Shown piece by piece: positions 36,258 through 45,446 of a stretch of DNA of 64,000 nucleotides; within the stretch, counting starts at the first letter, position 1, and every line of letters begins with the position of its first letter. The position numbers were made by a program, and so were the translations under genes. Origin of the DNA: Verrucomicrobiota bacterium (GTDB taxonomy: Bacteria > Verrucomicrobiota > Verrucomicrobiia > Limisphaerales > UBA11358); the NCBI GenBank assembly GCA_049516255.1, contig JBEKTH010000014.1:4726-68725 (forward strand). Direction: 5' to 3'. Below the pieces are notes generated by a model that ran no database searches, was not told the DNA's origin, and saw only the letters and a program-made list of their open reading frames with translations.

Positions 36258-37199
36258 TCAATCCTTAAAGTGAATGATGACGTATTGGACGATGAAGAGG
36301 ATTCCATCGCAGATGGCGATGATGGCAAAGATGGTCTTGAGCACCAGCGGATTGGACCGACGACTGAGGAAGGGCGCCAGGCGCGCGCCAAAAACACAAC
36401 CCAGACCCGTGAAGGCGGCGATGTGCCAGGGTATCCCGCCCAGGAAAAATTGGTGGAGCAGGGTCAAGTAAATGGAATTAATGGACAGCAACACCACTCC
36501 CAGGCCGATGCAGGAGGCGACGTTGACTCCATAGACCAGCATCAACAGCGCGGCGACCAGTTCGCCTTCGCCGATGGCAATCCAGCCGGTAATGAGTCCG
36601 CCAATCAGGGAAATGGCGAACAGCGGGAAAGCGGCGTTGGGCGGAATCGTCAGGCGCACGGCGGATTTCGCGGCCCGGCGGGAGAGGACAATGGTCAGAA
36701 TGCCAAGCAAAATCGAGACCGGACCGAACAGCAATTTGACCAGCAACGCGCTGGGATGAATCACCAGGGAACTGATGGTACTGCCAATCAGCAGTCCGGG
36801 CACGGTGAGTTTCAATGCGCGCAGCGGGACGACCCGCTTCTGAATCCATCCGATGGCGCCGCTGGTCATGCCGAAGGACTGGCTGGTGAGGGCGATTTTC
36901 AGGGCGGTGACGGGCGGGAGGTGGAACACAAACATGACGACCGGAATGAAAACAATGCCGCCTCCCACGGCCGAGATGTTGCCCAGAATGGCTCCGCCAA
37001 ATCCAACGAAGATGAAGACCCAGTTCTTTTCGAAGAGGGCAACCGGATCATGGGCCAGGTTGCAATAGCCGACCAGCCAGGCGAACACAAACACCGCCAG
37101 CCAGGGGGACCAATATCGAAAATGGCGTTCGCCGTCCACGACCGGTCGATCTTCCGCTCGCAATTGTCCCCGGTATAGTTCCTCGCCAATGGTTTCCAT
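36258..37199 (-). CDS. TauE/SafE-family sulfite exporter-like membrane protein
   Basis: A polytopic membrane protein with two repeated 4-TM halves and Gly-rich helices (GGGIVFIPVVMF, LIGGLITGW). The start is set at the ATG at 37199 (METIGEE). Confidence 0.7.
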   Translation of the reverse strand: METIGEELYRGQLRAEDRPVVDGERHFRYWSPWLAVFVFAWLVGYCNLAHDPVALFEKNWVFIFVGFGGAILGNISAVGGGIVFIPVVMFVFHLPPVTALKIALTSQSFGMTSGAIGWIQKRVVPLRALKLTVPGLLIGSTISSLVIHPSALLVKLLFGPVSILLGILTIVLSRRAAKSAVRLTIPPNAAFPLFAISLIGGLITGWIAIGEGELVAALLMLVYGVNVASCIGLGVVLLSINSIYLTLLHQFFLGGIPWHIAAFTGLGCVFGARLAPFLSRRSNPLVLKTIFAIIAICDGILFIVQYVIIHFKD

Positions 37200-37313
37200 A
37201 ATGAGCCCTTCAATTTCGGCTAATTCAGATTGAACGAGGGTTACCGCCAAATCAAGAAGCGAGTTATTCACATCCCGGCAGGTTTGACGCCACCGGCCAG
37301 CCGGAGTCAAACG

Positions 37314-37341
37314 TTGACATGGCGAATGCCTTTGCTAGATT
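37314..37341 (+). promoter_or_regulatory. Candidate sigma-70-type promoter for ppdK
   Basis: TTGACA (37314-37319), a 16-nt spacer, then TAGATT (37336-37341), about 58 nt upstream of the ppdK ATG. Confidence 0.3.
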
Positions 37342-37398
37342 CCGCGCTCGATTTGGGGTTTTTCCGGTTCCAACGCGCAAGCATTTAAAATTGATTTT

Positions 37399-40137
37399 AT
37401 GGCCAAAGCATCCAAGTACGTTTATTTATTTGGCAACAAGAAGGCTGATGGCAACGGCGGAATGAAACCGTTGCTGGGCGGCAAGGGCGCCAACCTGGCC
37501 GAGATGAGCCGGATCGGACTGCCGGTGCCGCCGGGCTTCACCATCACCACCGAGGTCTGCACCTACTTTTACCAGAATAAAAAGTCCTATCCCAAAATTC
37601 TGGACGGCCAGGTCCGGGCCGGTGTGGCGTTCATCGAGAAGATCATGGGCACGAAGTTTGGTGACAAGACGGCCATGCCGCTGCTCGTTTCCGTCCGTTC
37701 AGGCGCCCGCGATTCCATGCCGGGCATGATGGACACGATTTTGAACCTGGGTTTGAACGATGAGACGGTCCTCGCGCTGGTCAAGGCCACCAAGAACGAG
37801 CGGTTTGCCTGGGACTGTTACCGCCGGTTCATCCAAATGTACGGCGACGTGGTGATGGGCGTCCAGAAACGGCCCAACGAAGACCACGAACCGTTTGAGG
37901 TGGTCATTCATAAACTCAAGCACGACCGGCACCATGCCGACATCGAAGACACCAAAATGACGGTGGCCGATTTGAAAGAACTGGTGAAACGTTTCAAGGC
38001 ACTGATCAAGGAGCGGACCAACAGCGAATTTCCGCAGGATCCGTGGAAGCAGTTATGGGGTTCCGTCGGCGCCGTGTTTGGCTCGTGGATGAACGACCGG
38101 GCGATTGTCTATCGTCGCAAATACGGCATCCCCGCCGAGTGGGGCACGGCAGTCAATGTCCAGGCAATGGTCTATGGCAACACCGGCGACCAGTCGGGCT
38201 CCGGCGTGGCCTTCACCCGCGACCCGGCGACCGGCGAGAAGGTTTTCTACGGCGAATTTCTCATCAACGCCCAAGGCGAGGACGTGGTGGCCGGGGTGCG
38301 CACACCCGAACCGGTGGCGCAACTCAAGGGTCATCTACCCAAGGCGTTTGCCGAACTGGAACAGGTCCGCAAGACGCTCGAATCCCATTTCAAGGATGTG
38401 CAGGATTTCGAGTTCACGATTCAGGAAGGTAAACTGTTCATGCTCCAGACCCGCAACGGCAAACGCACCGGCCTGGCGGCTGTCCGTTTTGCCATCGAGA
38501 TGGAGAAGGAAAAGTTGATTGATTGGAAGACGGCCATTCGTCGTGTGCCGGCCGATCAATTGGACCAGGTATTGGCGCCGGTGTTTGACCGAAAGGCGGT
38601 CAAGGCGGCCAAGTGCATCGCCAAAGGATTGCCCGCCGGTCCGGGCGCGGCCTCGGGCAAGATGTATCTGAACGCCGACCGGGCGGACGCTGCCGCGGCG
38701 AAAAGCGAAAGGGTTTTGCTGGTCCGCAACGAAACTTCGCCGGAAGACCTGCGTGGCATGATTGCGGCCGAGGGCATCCTGACTGCAAAAGGCGGCGTGA
38801 GCTCGCACGCGGCGCTCGTGGCCCGGCAGATGGGCAAGGTCTGCGTCTGCGGCGCGGCGGCGTTGCAGATTGATTATCAGGCCCGGACGATGACCGTGGA
38901 CGGGACGACCTACCAGGAAGGCGATTACCTCTCCATCAGCGGCACGGCGGGTGAAGTATATCCGGGCGAGATCAAAACCGCGGCCTCGGAAATTGTGCAG
39001 GTGCTGGTCGAAAAGTCGCTGGCGGCAAAGGAAAGCGCAACCTACCAGATGTTTGCCAAATTGATGGGCTGGTGCTCCAAGGTTACGAAGCTGCAAGTGC
39101 GCACCAACGCCGACACGCCCGAACAAACGGCCAATGCGCTGGCGTTCGGCGCCACGGGCATTGGCCTGTGCCGCACCGAACACATGTTCTTTGAGGGCAA
39201 TCGCATTGACGCCATGCGCGAGATGATTCTGGCCGACAACCTGAAGGACCGAAAGGAGGCCCTGGCCAAAATTCTGCCCTACCAGAAAGAGGATTTCGTC
39301 GGCATCTTCAAGGAACTCAAAGGTCTTCCGGCCACCATCCGTTTTCTCGACCCGCCGTTGCACGAATTTCTACCGCATGACCATGCGGCCCAGAACGACC
39401 TGGCCGAGAAAATGGGCGTGCCCGTTGAGAAGATTCAGCAGCGCGTCAAGGAACTGCACGAGTTCAATCCGATGCTCGGTTTCCGCGGCTGCCGGCTCGG
39501 CATCGTTTATCCGGAAATTTCCGAGATGCAATCACGGGCGGTGTTCGAGGCCGCGGCGGAAGTCCAGAAAGCCGGCACCAAGGTAAAACCCGAAGTCATG
39601 ATTCCGCTCGTCGGCTTCAAGAAGGAACTGGATTTGCAGGTGGAAGTCGTCCATCGCGTCGCACAAGAGGTGATGAAGGAAAAGGGTGTGAAACTGGATT
39701 ACCTGGTGGGCACGATGATTGAAGTGCCGCGCGGCGCGTTGACCGCCGACGAAATCGCGCACACCGCGCAGTTCTTCAGTTTCGGGACCAATGACCTGAC
39801 GCAAACCTGCTTGGGCATGAGCCGCGACGATTCCGGCAGCTTCCTGCCGCCGTACACGGAACTGGAAATCATCAAAAAGAATCCCTTTGCCTCCATTGAC
39901 CAGACCGGCGTGGGCCAGTTGATGCGGATGGCGGCGGAAAAGGGCCGCAGTGTGCGCAAGGATTTAAAGCTGGGAATTTGTGGCGAACACGGTGGCGACC
40001 CGGACAGCGTGAAATTCTGTCATCGTCTCGGCTTGACCTATGTGTCTTGCAGTCCCTTCCGGGTGCCGGTCGCCCGACTCGCCGCCGCCCAGGCCGCCCT
40101 CGAGGAAGAAGCCGCAAAAAAAGCGAAGAAAAAATAA
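37399..40137 (+). CDS. ppdK: Pyruvate, phosphate dikinase
   Basis: 912 aa with [12 protein letters not shown], the phospho-His region [15 protein letters not shown], and the PEP-utilising C-terminus LCRTEHMF and [11 protein letters not shown]. Confidence 0.97.
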   Translation: MAKASKYVYLFGNKKADGNGGMKPLLGGKGANLAEMSRIGLPVPPGFTITTEVCTYFYQNKKSYPKILDGQVRAGVAFIEKIMGTKFGDKTAMPLLVSVRSGARDSMPGMMDTILNLGLNDETVLALVKATKNERFAWDCYRRFIQMYGDVVMGVQKRPNEDHEPFEVVIHKLKHDRHHADIEDTKMTVADLKELVKRFKALIKERTNSEFPQDPWKQLWGSVGAVFGSWMNDRAIVYRRKYGIPAEWGTAVNVQAMVYGNTGDQSGSGVAFTRDPATGEKVFYGEFLINAQGEDVVAGVRTPEPVAQLKGHLPKAFAELEQVRKTLESHFKDVQDFEFTIQEGKLFMLQTRNGKRTGLAAVRFAIEMEKEKLIDWKTAIRRVPADQLDQVLAPVFDRKAVKAAKCIAKGLPAGPGAASGKMYLNADRADAAAAKSERVLLVRNETSPEDLRGMIAAEGILTAKGGVSSHAALVARQMGKVCVCGAAALQIDYQARTMTVDGTTYQEGDYLSISGTAGEVYPGEIKTAASEIVQVLVEKSLAAKESATYQMFAKLMGWCSKVTKLQVRTNADTPEQTANALAFGATGIGLCRTEHMFFEGNRIDAMREMILADNLKDRKEALAKILPYQKEDFVGIFKELKGLPATIRFLDPPLHEFLPHDHAAQNDLAEKMGVPVEKIQQRVKELHEFNPMLGFRGCRLGIVYPEISEMQSRAVFEAAAEVQKAGTKVKPEVMIPLVGFKKELDLQVEVVHRVAQEVMKEKGVKLDYLVGTMIEVPRGALTADEIAHTAQFFSFGTNDLTQTCLGMSRDDSGSFLPPYTELEIIKKNPFASIDQTGVGQLMRMAAEKGRSVRKDLKLGICGEHGGDPDSVKFCHRLGLTYVSCSPFRVPVARLAAAQAALEEEAAKKAKKK

Positions 40138-40271
40138 TTGCGTGGCCGCGCTTGTGAAAGCGCAGCCATATTGTCCTCTTTAACCAAACGCGGCTGCCGG
40201 TGGCACAAAAAACTGCCGGTAAAGTGTTTTTTCTTTACACCCGTGCGGGTCACGAGGTTCAATCGCCCATC

Positions 40272-41042
40272 ATGAAACTTCCCCGCCAATCCTCCCTGGC
40301 GATCCTGATTCTGTGTGCCGCACAATCATTGCTCAATGCCCAGACACCCACCGTGCCGGATTGGGCGTTGCCGGGCTCCGCCACGCACAAGCAGGTGCCG
40401 CCGCCAAAGGATTTTCACCGGCCCACAGTAACTTTCAACACGCCCATCGGCCTGTTTGAAGGCCAGTCTGATATCGGCGCCCCGTTGTTGCCAGGCAGCG
40501 CCAGTTACGACCCCGGCACAGAGCAATATACCCTCAACTCCGCCAGCTATAACATCTGGTACACGCGCGACGAGTTCCGGTATCTCTGGCAGAGGATGTC
40601 CGGCGATATTTCCCTCGCCGCCGATGTCACCTTTCCGGACCCGAAAGGCTACAACGATCGCAAGGCCGTCCTCGTCATTCGCCAGGACCTGGACGATGAT
40701 TCCAGGGAGATCATGACCGCGTGGCATGGGCGCGGGTTGATTCACCTGGCATTGCGGCCGAAGAAGGGCGCCGACCTTGCGGAGGTCTTTCATCTCCAGG
40801 AGCTGCCCCGGCACGCAGGTGAAGCGCCCATCCGCATCGGCATCGAAAAGCACGGTGACACCTTTGCGCTCTATCTGAGCCGGAACGGCGAACCCATGCA
40901 CCAGGTTGGCAAGACCGCCGAGTTGCACTTCAAAAAACATTTCTACGTCGGCATCGGCTTTTGCTCGCACGTGCCGGACCGGTCCGACACGGCCGTGCTG
41001 TCCGATGTCGTGCTTGAAAACTCCGCCGGCCAGGTCCACTAG
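40272..41042 (+). CDS. Secreted ConA/LamG-like hypothetical protein
   Basis: Signal peptide MKLPRQSSLAILILCAAQSLLNAQ. FEGQSDIG...YTLNSASYNIWYTRDEFRYLWQRMSGDISLAADV...FYVGIGFCSH...AVLSDVVLE resembles a widespread acidobacterial/PVC secreted family as I recall it. Confidence 0.6.
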   Translation: MKLPRQSSLAILILCAAQSLLNAQTPTVPDWALPGSATHKQVPPPKDFHRPTVTFNTPIGLFEGQSDIGAPLLPGSASYDPGTEQYTLNSASYNIWYTRDEFRYLWQRMSGDISLAADVTFPDPKGYNDRKAVLVIRQDLDDDSREIMTAWHGRGLIHLALRPKKGADLAEVFHLQELPRHAGEAPIRIGIEKHGDTFALYLSRNGEPMHQVGKTAELHFKKHFYVGIGFCSHVPDRSDTAVLSDVVLENSAGQVH

Positions 41043-41050
41043 CTTTTTGA

Positions 41051-41137
41051 CCGCGAAATACACCAAATACGCGAAAAGAAGTCGGTGGTTAAACTTTCGC
41101 GTGTTCAGCGTGATTCGCGGTTAAATATCCGCGAATC
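41051..41137. repeat. REP (CCGCGAAATAC / GTGATTCGCGG type)
   Basis: ccgcgaaatacaccaaatacgcgaaaag, ctttcgcgtgttcagcgtgattcgcgg and ccgcgaatc are inverted, related units. Confidence 0.65.
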
Positions 41138-41143
41138 TCCGTT

Positions 41144-41545
41144 TTAAGCGGCGGGTACTTTTACAACCAGCTCGCCTCGTTCATTGATTAATGTTGCCAG
41201 CACCGGCAGGTCGCGTTTAGCCGGGCCGCCGGTGACGCGACCGTCGGGATCAAAGGTTGAGCCGTGGCACGGGCAGGAAAAGGAATGGTTCGACTCGGCA
41301 TCCAACCGGCAGCGCCGATGCGTGCAAACGGAAGACAAGGCAAAGAGTCTGTTACCCCGGCGAATAATAAAGAATCCCAGAGCCCAGAAGCGGTCATAGA
41401 CACCGTCGGCGGCGTAGTCGCCGGCCGGTCCGGCATTGATCAGCCGGGCTTCGCGTGTGGGGGAAACCACACCGGGCTTCGTCGAACTGCAACCGGCGAC
41501 CAAGCCCGCGCTGAGGAGTAGAAATTGCCGCCGATTCAAATACAT
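41144..41545 (-). CDS. Rieske [2Fe-2S] domain protein with Tat/lipoprotein-type signal
   Basis: MYLNRRQFLLLSAGLVAGC, then the Rieske motifs CTHRRCRL and CPCHGSTFD. Confidence 0.88.
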   Translation of the reverse strand: MYLNRRQFLLLSAGLVAGCSSTKPGVVSPTREARLINAGPAGDYAADGVYDRFWALGFFIIRRGNRLFALSSVCTHRRCRLDAESNHSFSCPCHGSTFDPDGRVTGGPAKRDLPVLATLINERGELVVKVPAA

Positions 41546-41566
41546 GTCGCAGGTTGTTGAAAATGT

Positions 41567-42451
41567 TCAGTATTCAAACACCAGACTGACCACCACGCCG
41601 TGATGTACTTCGGTGCGGGCATTGTTGTCCAGCGGGAACACGTAGCCAGCGCCGAGGCGCGGCTGCACGCCGCCGATGGTTTTGAGGTTCAGGCGGACAG
41701 CCGCGTTGCCCAGCAGGCTGTTCTGACCGGATTCGCCCTTGTTCAACCCGGTTTCCCCCGCCAGTTCGAACACGGGAACAAACTGCAGCACGCCCGGCAG
41801 GGGCAGTTCTCGATGCTGGACCGTCCAGCCGAAATCGAATCCGTATTCAAATGTCTGCCGGCCACCATCGTCGCCGGGACCAAACAGCGTTGAATAACCG
41901 AAGATGGATTGCGCGGTGAAATGCCGGCCGATCCGGGTGTCATTGAAAAACTTCGGAACCAACTCGGTGTTTTTGCTGACGGCAGATTCGGTCGGAATGC
42001 CCAGTTCCACACCCGAGCCGAAGGTGGTGTCCCAAAGTCCCCCTGGGGAGACAAATTGGTAGAGCGGATAACGCGCACCCAAATCAATGTTACCGATGCC
42101 CTGGGAAACATTGCCGTTCTCCACGTCGCGTTCGTATGGAACTTCAATCTCCAGGGTCAGGAGGCCAAAGCCCTTTTCCACTTCCGCGGTGACGAGGTCA
42201 CTTTTGGCGCCATCCGCCTGGGTGTGCAGCCAGTCCAGGCGGGCTTCATTCTCTTCCGCGTCCGAGTCGTCCACCAGAAACGGTTCCGGGAAAACGTCCT
42301 GCCCGTACGAACTGCGATGGTCGAGCAGATTGAAAAGGCCGTAGCCCGTATCCGGAGGCTGTGCGGACGTGGTCGGCTCGTCCGCCATCAAGGCCGGCAG
42401 GCCGACGAACGCTCCCAAAATCAGGGCCGTTAGCTTCATTTGCAATTTCAT
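41567..42451 (-). CDS. Putative outer-membrane beta-barrel protein
   Basis: Signal peptide MKLQMKLTALILGAFVGLPALMA, alternating amphipathic strands, and the C-terminus VVVSLVFEY ending in an aromatic residue. Confidence 0.55.
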   Translation of the reverse strand: MKLQMKLTALILGAFVGLPALMADEPTTSAQPPDTGYGLFNLLDHRSSYGQDVFPEPFLVDDSDAEENEARLDWLHTQADGAKSDLVTAEVEKGFGLLTLEIEVPYERDVENGNVSQGIGNIDLGARYPLYQFVSPGGLWDTTFGSGVELGIPTESAVSKNTELVPKFFNDTRIGRHFTAQSIFGYSTLFGPGDDGGRQTFEYGFDFGWTVQHRELPLPGVLQFVPVFELAGETGLNKGESGQNSLLGNAAVRLNLKTIGGVQPRLGAGYVFPLDNNARTEVHHGVVVSLVFEY

Positions 42452-42717
42452 GGCACGAGAATAAAGGACGCGCAGAATTTCCACTCCCGTTCGCTTGCGA
42501 TTTTTTGACGGTGAGTTGCGGTTGTTTATTATGTCAGACGCACCCCAATTTTATCCTTTTCCCCGCCTTGCCTGGAACGCCTCATCCGGCCACCTTCTCC
42601 CCATCCAATGTGGAGAAGGGGATTGTCTCCATTCGGTGTGTATTTTAGATACGCCCCATTTTGCCCTGATAACGACAAGATATTTGCTCGCGGCTCCAAA
42701 GATGGCACATTGGGGTC

Positions 42718-43713
42718 GTGCCTAAACCGGTCAAACAACGGGCGGAAGCCGCCGATCCGGCGGAATTCGCCATGGCCCCGGCGTTCACCGAACGTCCGGC
42801 GTGGAATGCGATCGGCGAAGGCTGGAGGCATTTGCACGGCAGTGTGCGCGGGGCGGGCGTGAGTTTCGAGTGGCACGACTTCAAAACGCACACGGTCTTT
42901 GACTGGGGCAAAAGCTTTCATCCCGGCAGTGTTGAGGTCTGCCTGAATCTTGCCGGCAACGGCAACGTCGCCTTCAACGGCCAGGAAGTTGCGTTCACGC
43001 CGTTGACCGTCGGCTTTTACCGGCGTGGCGAACAACCGCTGCGCGCGTCCCGGCAGGCGGAGCAGCGGCACCAGTTTTTGACGGTCGAGATGTCGTTCGA
43101 TTTCTTGCGGCGGCACCTCGGCGATTTCACGCCGTCATTGCACCCGCTGGTGCGCGAAGTCATCGCCGGCCAATCCGAAGAGTCCGCCGTGATGACGCCG
43201 ACGCGGTTGACGAGCCGGCAACAGCAATTGCTCGCCAGCCTGCGCGCGGCGCCCGTGCTCGCGGCGGCGCAAAAGCTTTGGTATCAGACCAAGGCGCTGG
43301 AACTGGCGGCAGAGTTGTTTTTTAGCGCGCCGGGCGAGCGGGAATTGTTCTGCCAGCGGCAGCAACGGCTTTCCGCCGAACGCGTCGAGAAGGTGGTGGC
43401 GCTGCTCGGCGAAAATCTGGAGACCCCGCCGAACCTGGAGGAAATCGGACGCGCCGTGGGCTGCAGCCCGTTTCATTTGAGCCGGACGTTTTCCTCGGCG
43501 ACGGGCATGACCATCCCGCAATATATCCGCCAGTTGCGCATGGAACGCGCGGCGGAACTGCTGCGCTCGGGCAAATTCAACGTCACCGAGGCCGCGCTGG
43601 AGGTGGGTTATTCCAGCCTGAGCCATTTCAGCCAGGCGTTTCATGAAACCTTCGGCTGTTGCCCGGGACTTTATCCGCTGCGCACGCCGACACAAAAGAC
43701 CACGCTGAAATAG
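42718..43713 (+). CDS. AraC-family transcriptional regulator
   Basis: The C-terminal double HTH reads LEEIGRAVGCSPFHLSRTFSSATGMTIPQYIRQLRMERAAELL...VTEAALEVGYSSLSHFSQAFHETFGCCP. The start is uncertain (GTG at 42718 or ATG at 42772). Confidence 0.88.
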   Translation: MPKPVKQRAEAADPAEFAMAPAFTERPAWNAIGEGWRHLHGSVRGAGVSFEWHDFKTHTVFDWGKSFHPGSVEVCLNLAGNGNVAFNGQEVAFTPLTVGFYRRGEQPLRASRQAEQRHQFLTVEMSFDFLRRHLGDFTPSLHPLVREVIAGQSEESAVMTPTRLTSRQQQLLASLRAAPVLAAAQKLWYQTKALELAAELFFSAPGERELFCQRQQRLSAERVEKVVALLGENLETPPNLEEIGRAVGCSPFHLSRTFSSATGMTIPQYIRQLRMERAAELLRSGKFNVTEAALEVGYSSLSHFSQAFHETFGCCPGLYPLRTPTQKTTLK

Positions 43714-43824
43714 AGGAAATCCTTGGCGACCGTGGCAGCGGCCCGGCAGAACGTCGCAAATTCCGGAAAATTGAAGAGTGCGGCTTTCTGCCGAAAGCCG
43801 CTACGACGCTCGTCCGTCGTTCAC

Positions 43825-44403
43825 TTATTTATCCGGGAATCTGGCGTAGGTGGCCTTCCGGGGATCGTGTTCGGGACGCTGGCAAATGAATGTTTGCACC
43901 CATTCGGTCAGGCGGCAACCCAGGCGGCGGCAGGCCTCGCGATCACCGTCATTGCGCGGGCGGCCCGCGCAGATTGCCCCGTAATGCAGGGTCTGGCCCG
44001 GCGCCACGTAGTCCGGGATGCCAAAGACCAGAAGGCCGTAGTTCATGAGCACGATTTGAAGCGCCAGGCACGTCAATTCACCGCCGCCGGCCTGGCCGCC
44101 GGAAGAGGTGAAGGCGCAGCCCATTTTGCCTTCCGTCTTCGGCCAGAGTGGCTGGACCGTGACGTCCCACCATTGCTTCATTTCCCAGGCGATGGTGCCC
44201 ATGTGCGTGGGCGAACCAGCCGCCACGCCGTCGCACCAGACCAGATCGTCAGCGGTTGCCTCGCTGACGCTCTTGAGACGGACTTCGGTGTCGGGGACGC
44301 CGGCGGCGCCTTCCGCGACGAGGTCCGCCATCATTTTCGTGTGGCCGCCCTGGCTGAAGTACAGAACCAGTATTCGCGCCGGGCGTGATGGGTTGGTTTC
44401 CAT
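43825..44403 (-). CDS. Flavodoxin-like NAD(P)H-dependent oxidoreductase (WrbA-like)
   Basis: ILVLYFSQGGHTKMMADLV and GSPTHMGTIAWEMKQWWD are typical of the flavodoxin fold. The start is set at the ATG at 44403. Confidence 0.75.
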   Translation of the reverse strand: METNPSRPARILVLYFSQGGHTKMMADLVAEGAAGVPDTEVRLKSVSEATADDLVWCDGVAAGSPTHMGTIAWEMKQWWDVTVQPLWPKTEGKMGCAFTSSGGQAGGGELTCLALQIVLMNYGLLVFGIPDYVAPGQTLHYGAICAGRPRNDGDREACRRLGCRLTEWVQTFICQRPEHDPRKATYARFPDK

Positions 44404-44530
44404 GCAGCGATGATGCCTGTTCGCCGAAGAAAGCGTCAATGGAGCATTCCTCTATTTCGAGTCGAGCCAGGAACGTTTTTTGTCTGTAACCGCGCCGGTG
44501 CAACCCATTGGGTTTACCTTGGTTGGAAAA

Positions 44531-44546
44531 CGTGAAATTTTTCACA
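44531..44546. promoter_or_regulatory. CRP/FNR-family-like palindrome upstream of actA
   Basis: cGTGAaattttTCACa matches TGTGA-N6-TCACA at 9 of 10 half-site positions, about 100 nt upstream of the actA start. Confidence 0.3.
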
Positions 44547-44644
44547 AACTTTCTTGCGGAAGAGGCGGTCAATCGCTAAACATCTTGCCCAATGTTTGCG
44601 GAGAGAAGGACAAAATTTGATTAACTGACGGGTCGTTTTCTGCG

Positions 44645-45313
44645 ATGCCAGCGATTTTTCCGAAGTGGACAAACCAGTTGCCTTTTTTGATCGCCGCCGG
44701 CCTTGTGCTGGTGGGGGGCGCCGTCACGGCCGGGGTCACTTATTATTTCACGCCCAAATATTCGCGGGTGGGTTATGAGCCGATCCAGCCGGTGCCATTT
44801 TCGCACGCGGTCCACGCCGGCCAGTTGGGCATGGACTGCCGCTACTGCCATACCACCGTGGAAAAATCCTGGTTTTCCAACATCCCGTCCGCGTCCACGT
44901 GCATGAATTGCCATAATCAGGTGCTCAAGGACGATCCCCGGCTGGCCCTGGTCCGTGAGAGTGCCACCAATGGCGTGCCCATTCCCTGGGTGCAAGTTCA
45001 CCGGGTGCCGGACTACGTCTATTTCAACCATTCCGTACACGTGCGCCGCGGCATCAGTTGCGTGGAATGCCACGGACGCATTGACCAGATGGACGAGGTG
45101 CATCACGACCAATCGCTGACCATGGCGTTTTGTTTGAACTGTCACCGCGACCCGGCGGCATTCATCCGGCCCGAAAACAAGGTCACGGATCTGGGCTGGC
45201 AATGGAACACGAACGCGGATATCGCCGCGGACATGCAGGCGACCGACGGCGTGAAATTTGTCCACGACTGGAGCGTCCAATCACTGCAAAACTGTTCCGC
45301 CTGCCACCGATGA
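44645..45313 (+). CDS. actA: Alternative complex III subunit ActA (pentahaem cytochrome c)
   Basis: An N-terminal TM helix and five CxxCH motifs: CRYCH, CMNCH, CVECH, CLNCH and CSACH. Confidence 0.9.
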   Translation: MPAIFPKWTNQLPFLIAAGLVLVGGAVTAGVTYYFTPKYSRVGYEPIQPVPFSHAVHAGQLGMDCRYCHTTVEKSWFSNIPSASTCMNCHNQVLKDDPRLALVRESATNGVPIPWVQVHRVPDYVYFNHSVHVRRGISCVECHGRIDQMDEVHHDQSLTMAFCLNCHRDPAAFIRPENKVTDLGWQWNTNADIAADMQATDGVKFVHDWSVQSLQNCSACHR

Positions 45314-45422
45314 ACCATTTACGATTTATGATTTGCGATTTACGATTCGTGCTCGCAAGTGAGCATCGGGCGGGAGCTTTTTTCAATCATCAATCATCAA
45401 TCGTAAATCATAAATCGGTCGC
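45312..45422. repeat. ATTTACGATT-family inverted repeat forming the whole actA-actB spacer
   Basis: The left arm is catttacgatttatgatttgcgatttacgatt and the right arm aatcatcaatcatcaatcgtaaatcataaatcg. A central hairpin tgctc gcaag tgagca is followed by gggagctttttt. Confidence 0.85.
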
Positions 45423-45446
45423 AAGAATTTTGTCCGTTGTTTCCGA

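Noticed and set aside
40143-40170. Hairpin gcgctt gtga aagcgc after ppdK considered as an intrinsic terminator
   Set aside because: The stem is short and imperfect and there is no following T-tract, so the evidence is insufficient.
44531-44546. The dyad considered as a parS site
   Set aside because: The half-site order is GTGAAA...TTTCAC (outward), whereas parS is GTTTCAC-GTGAAAC. It is also far from parB.
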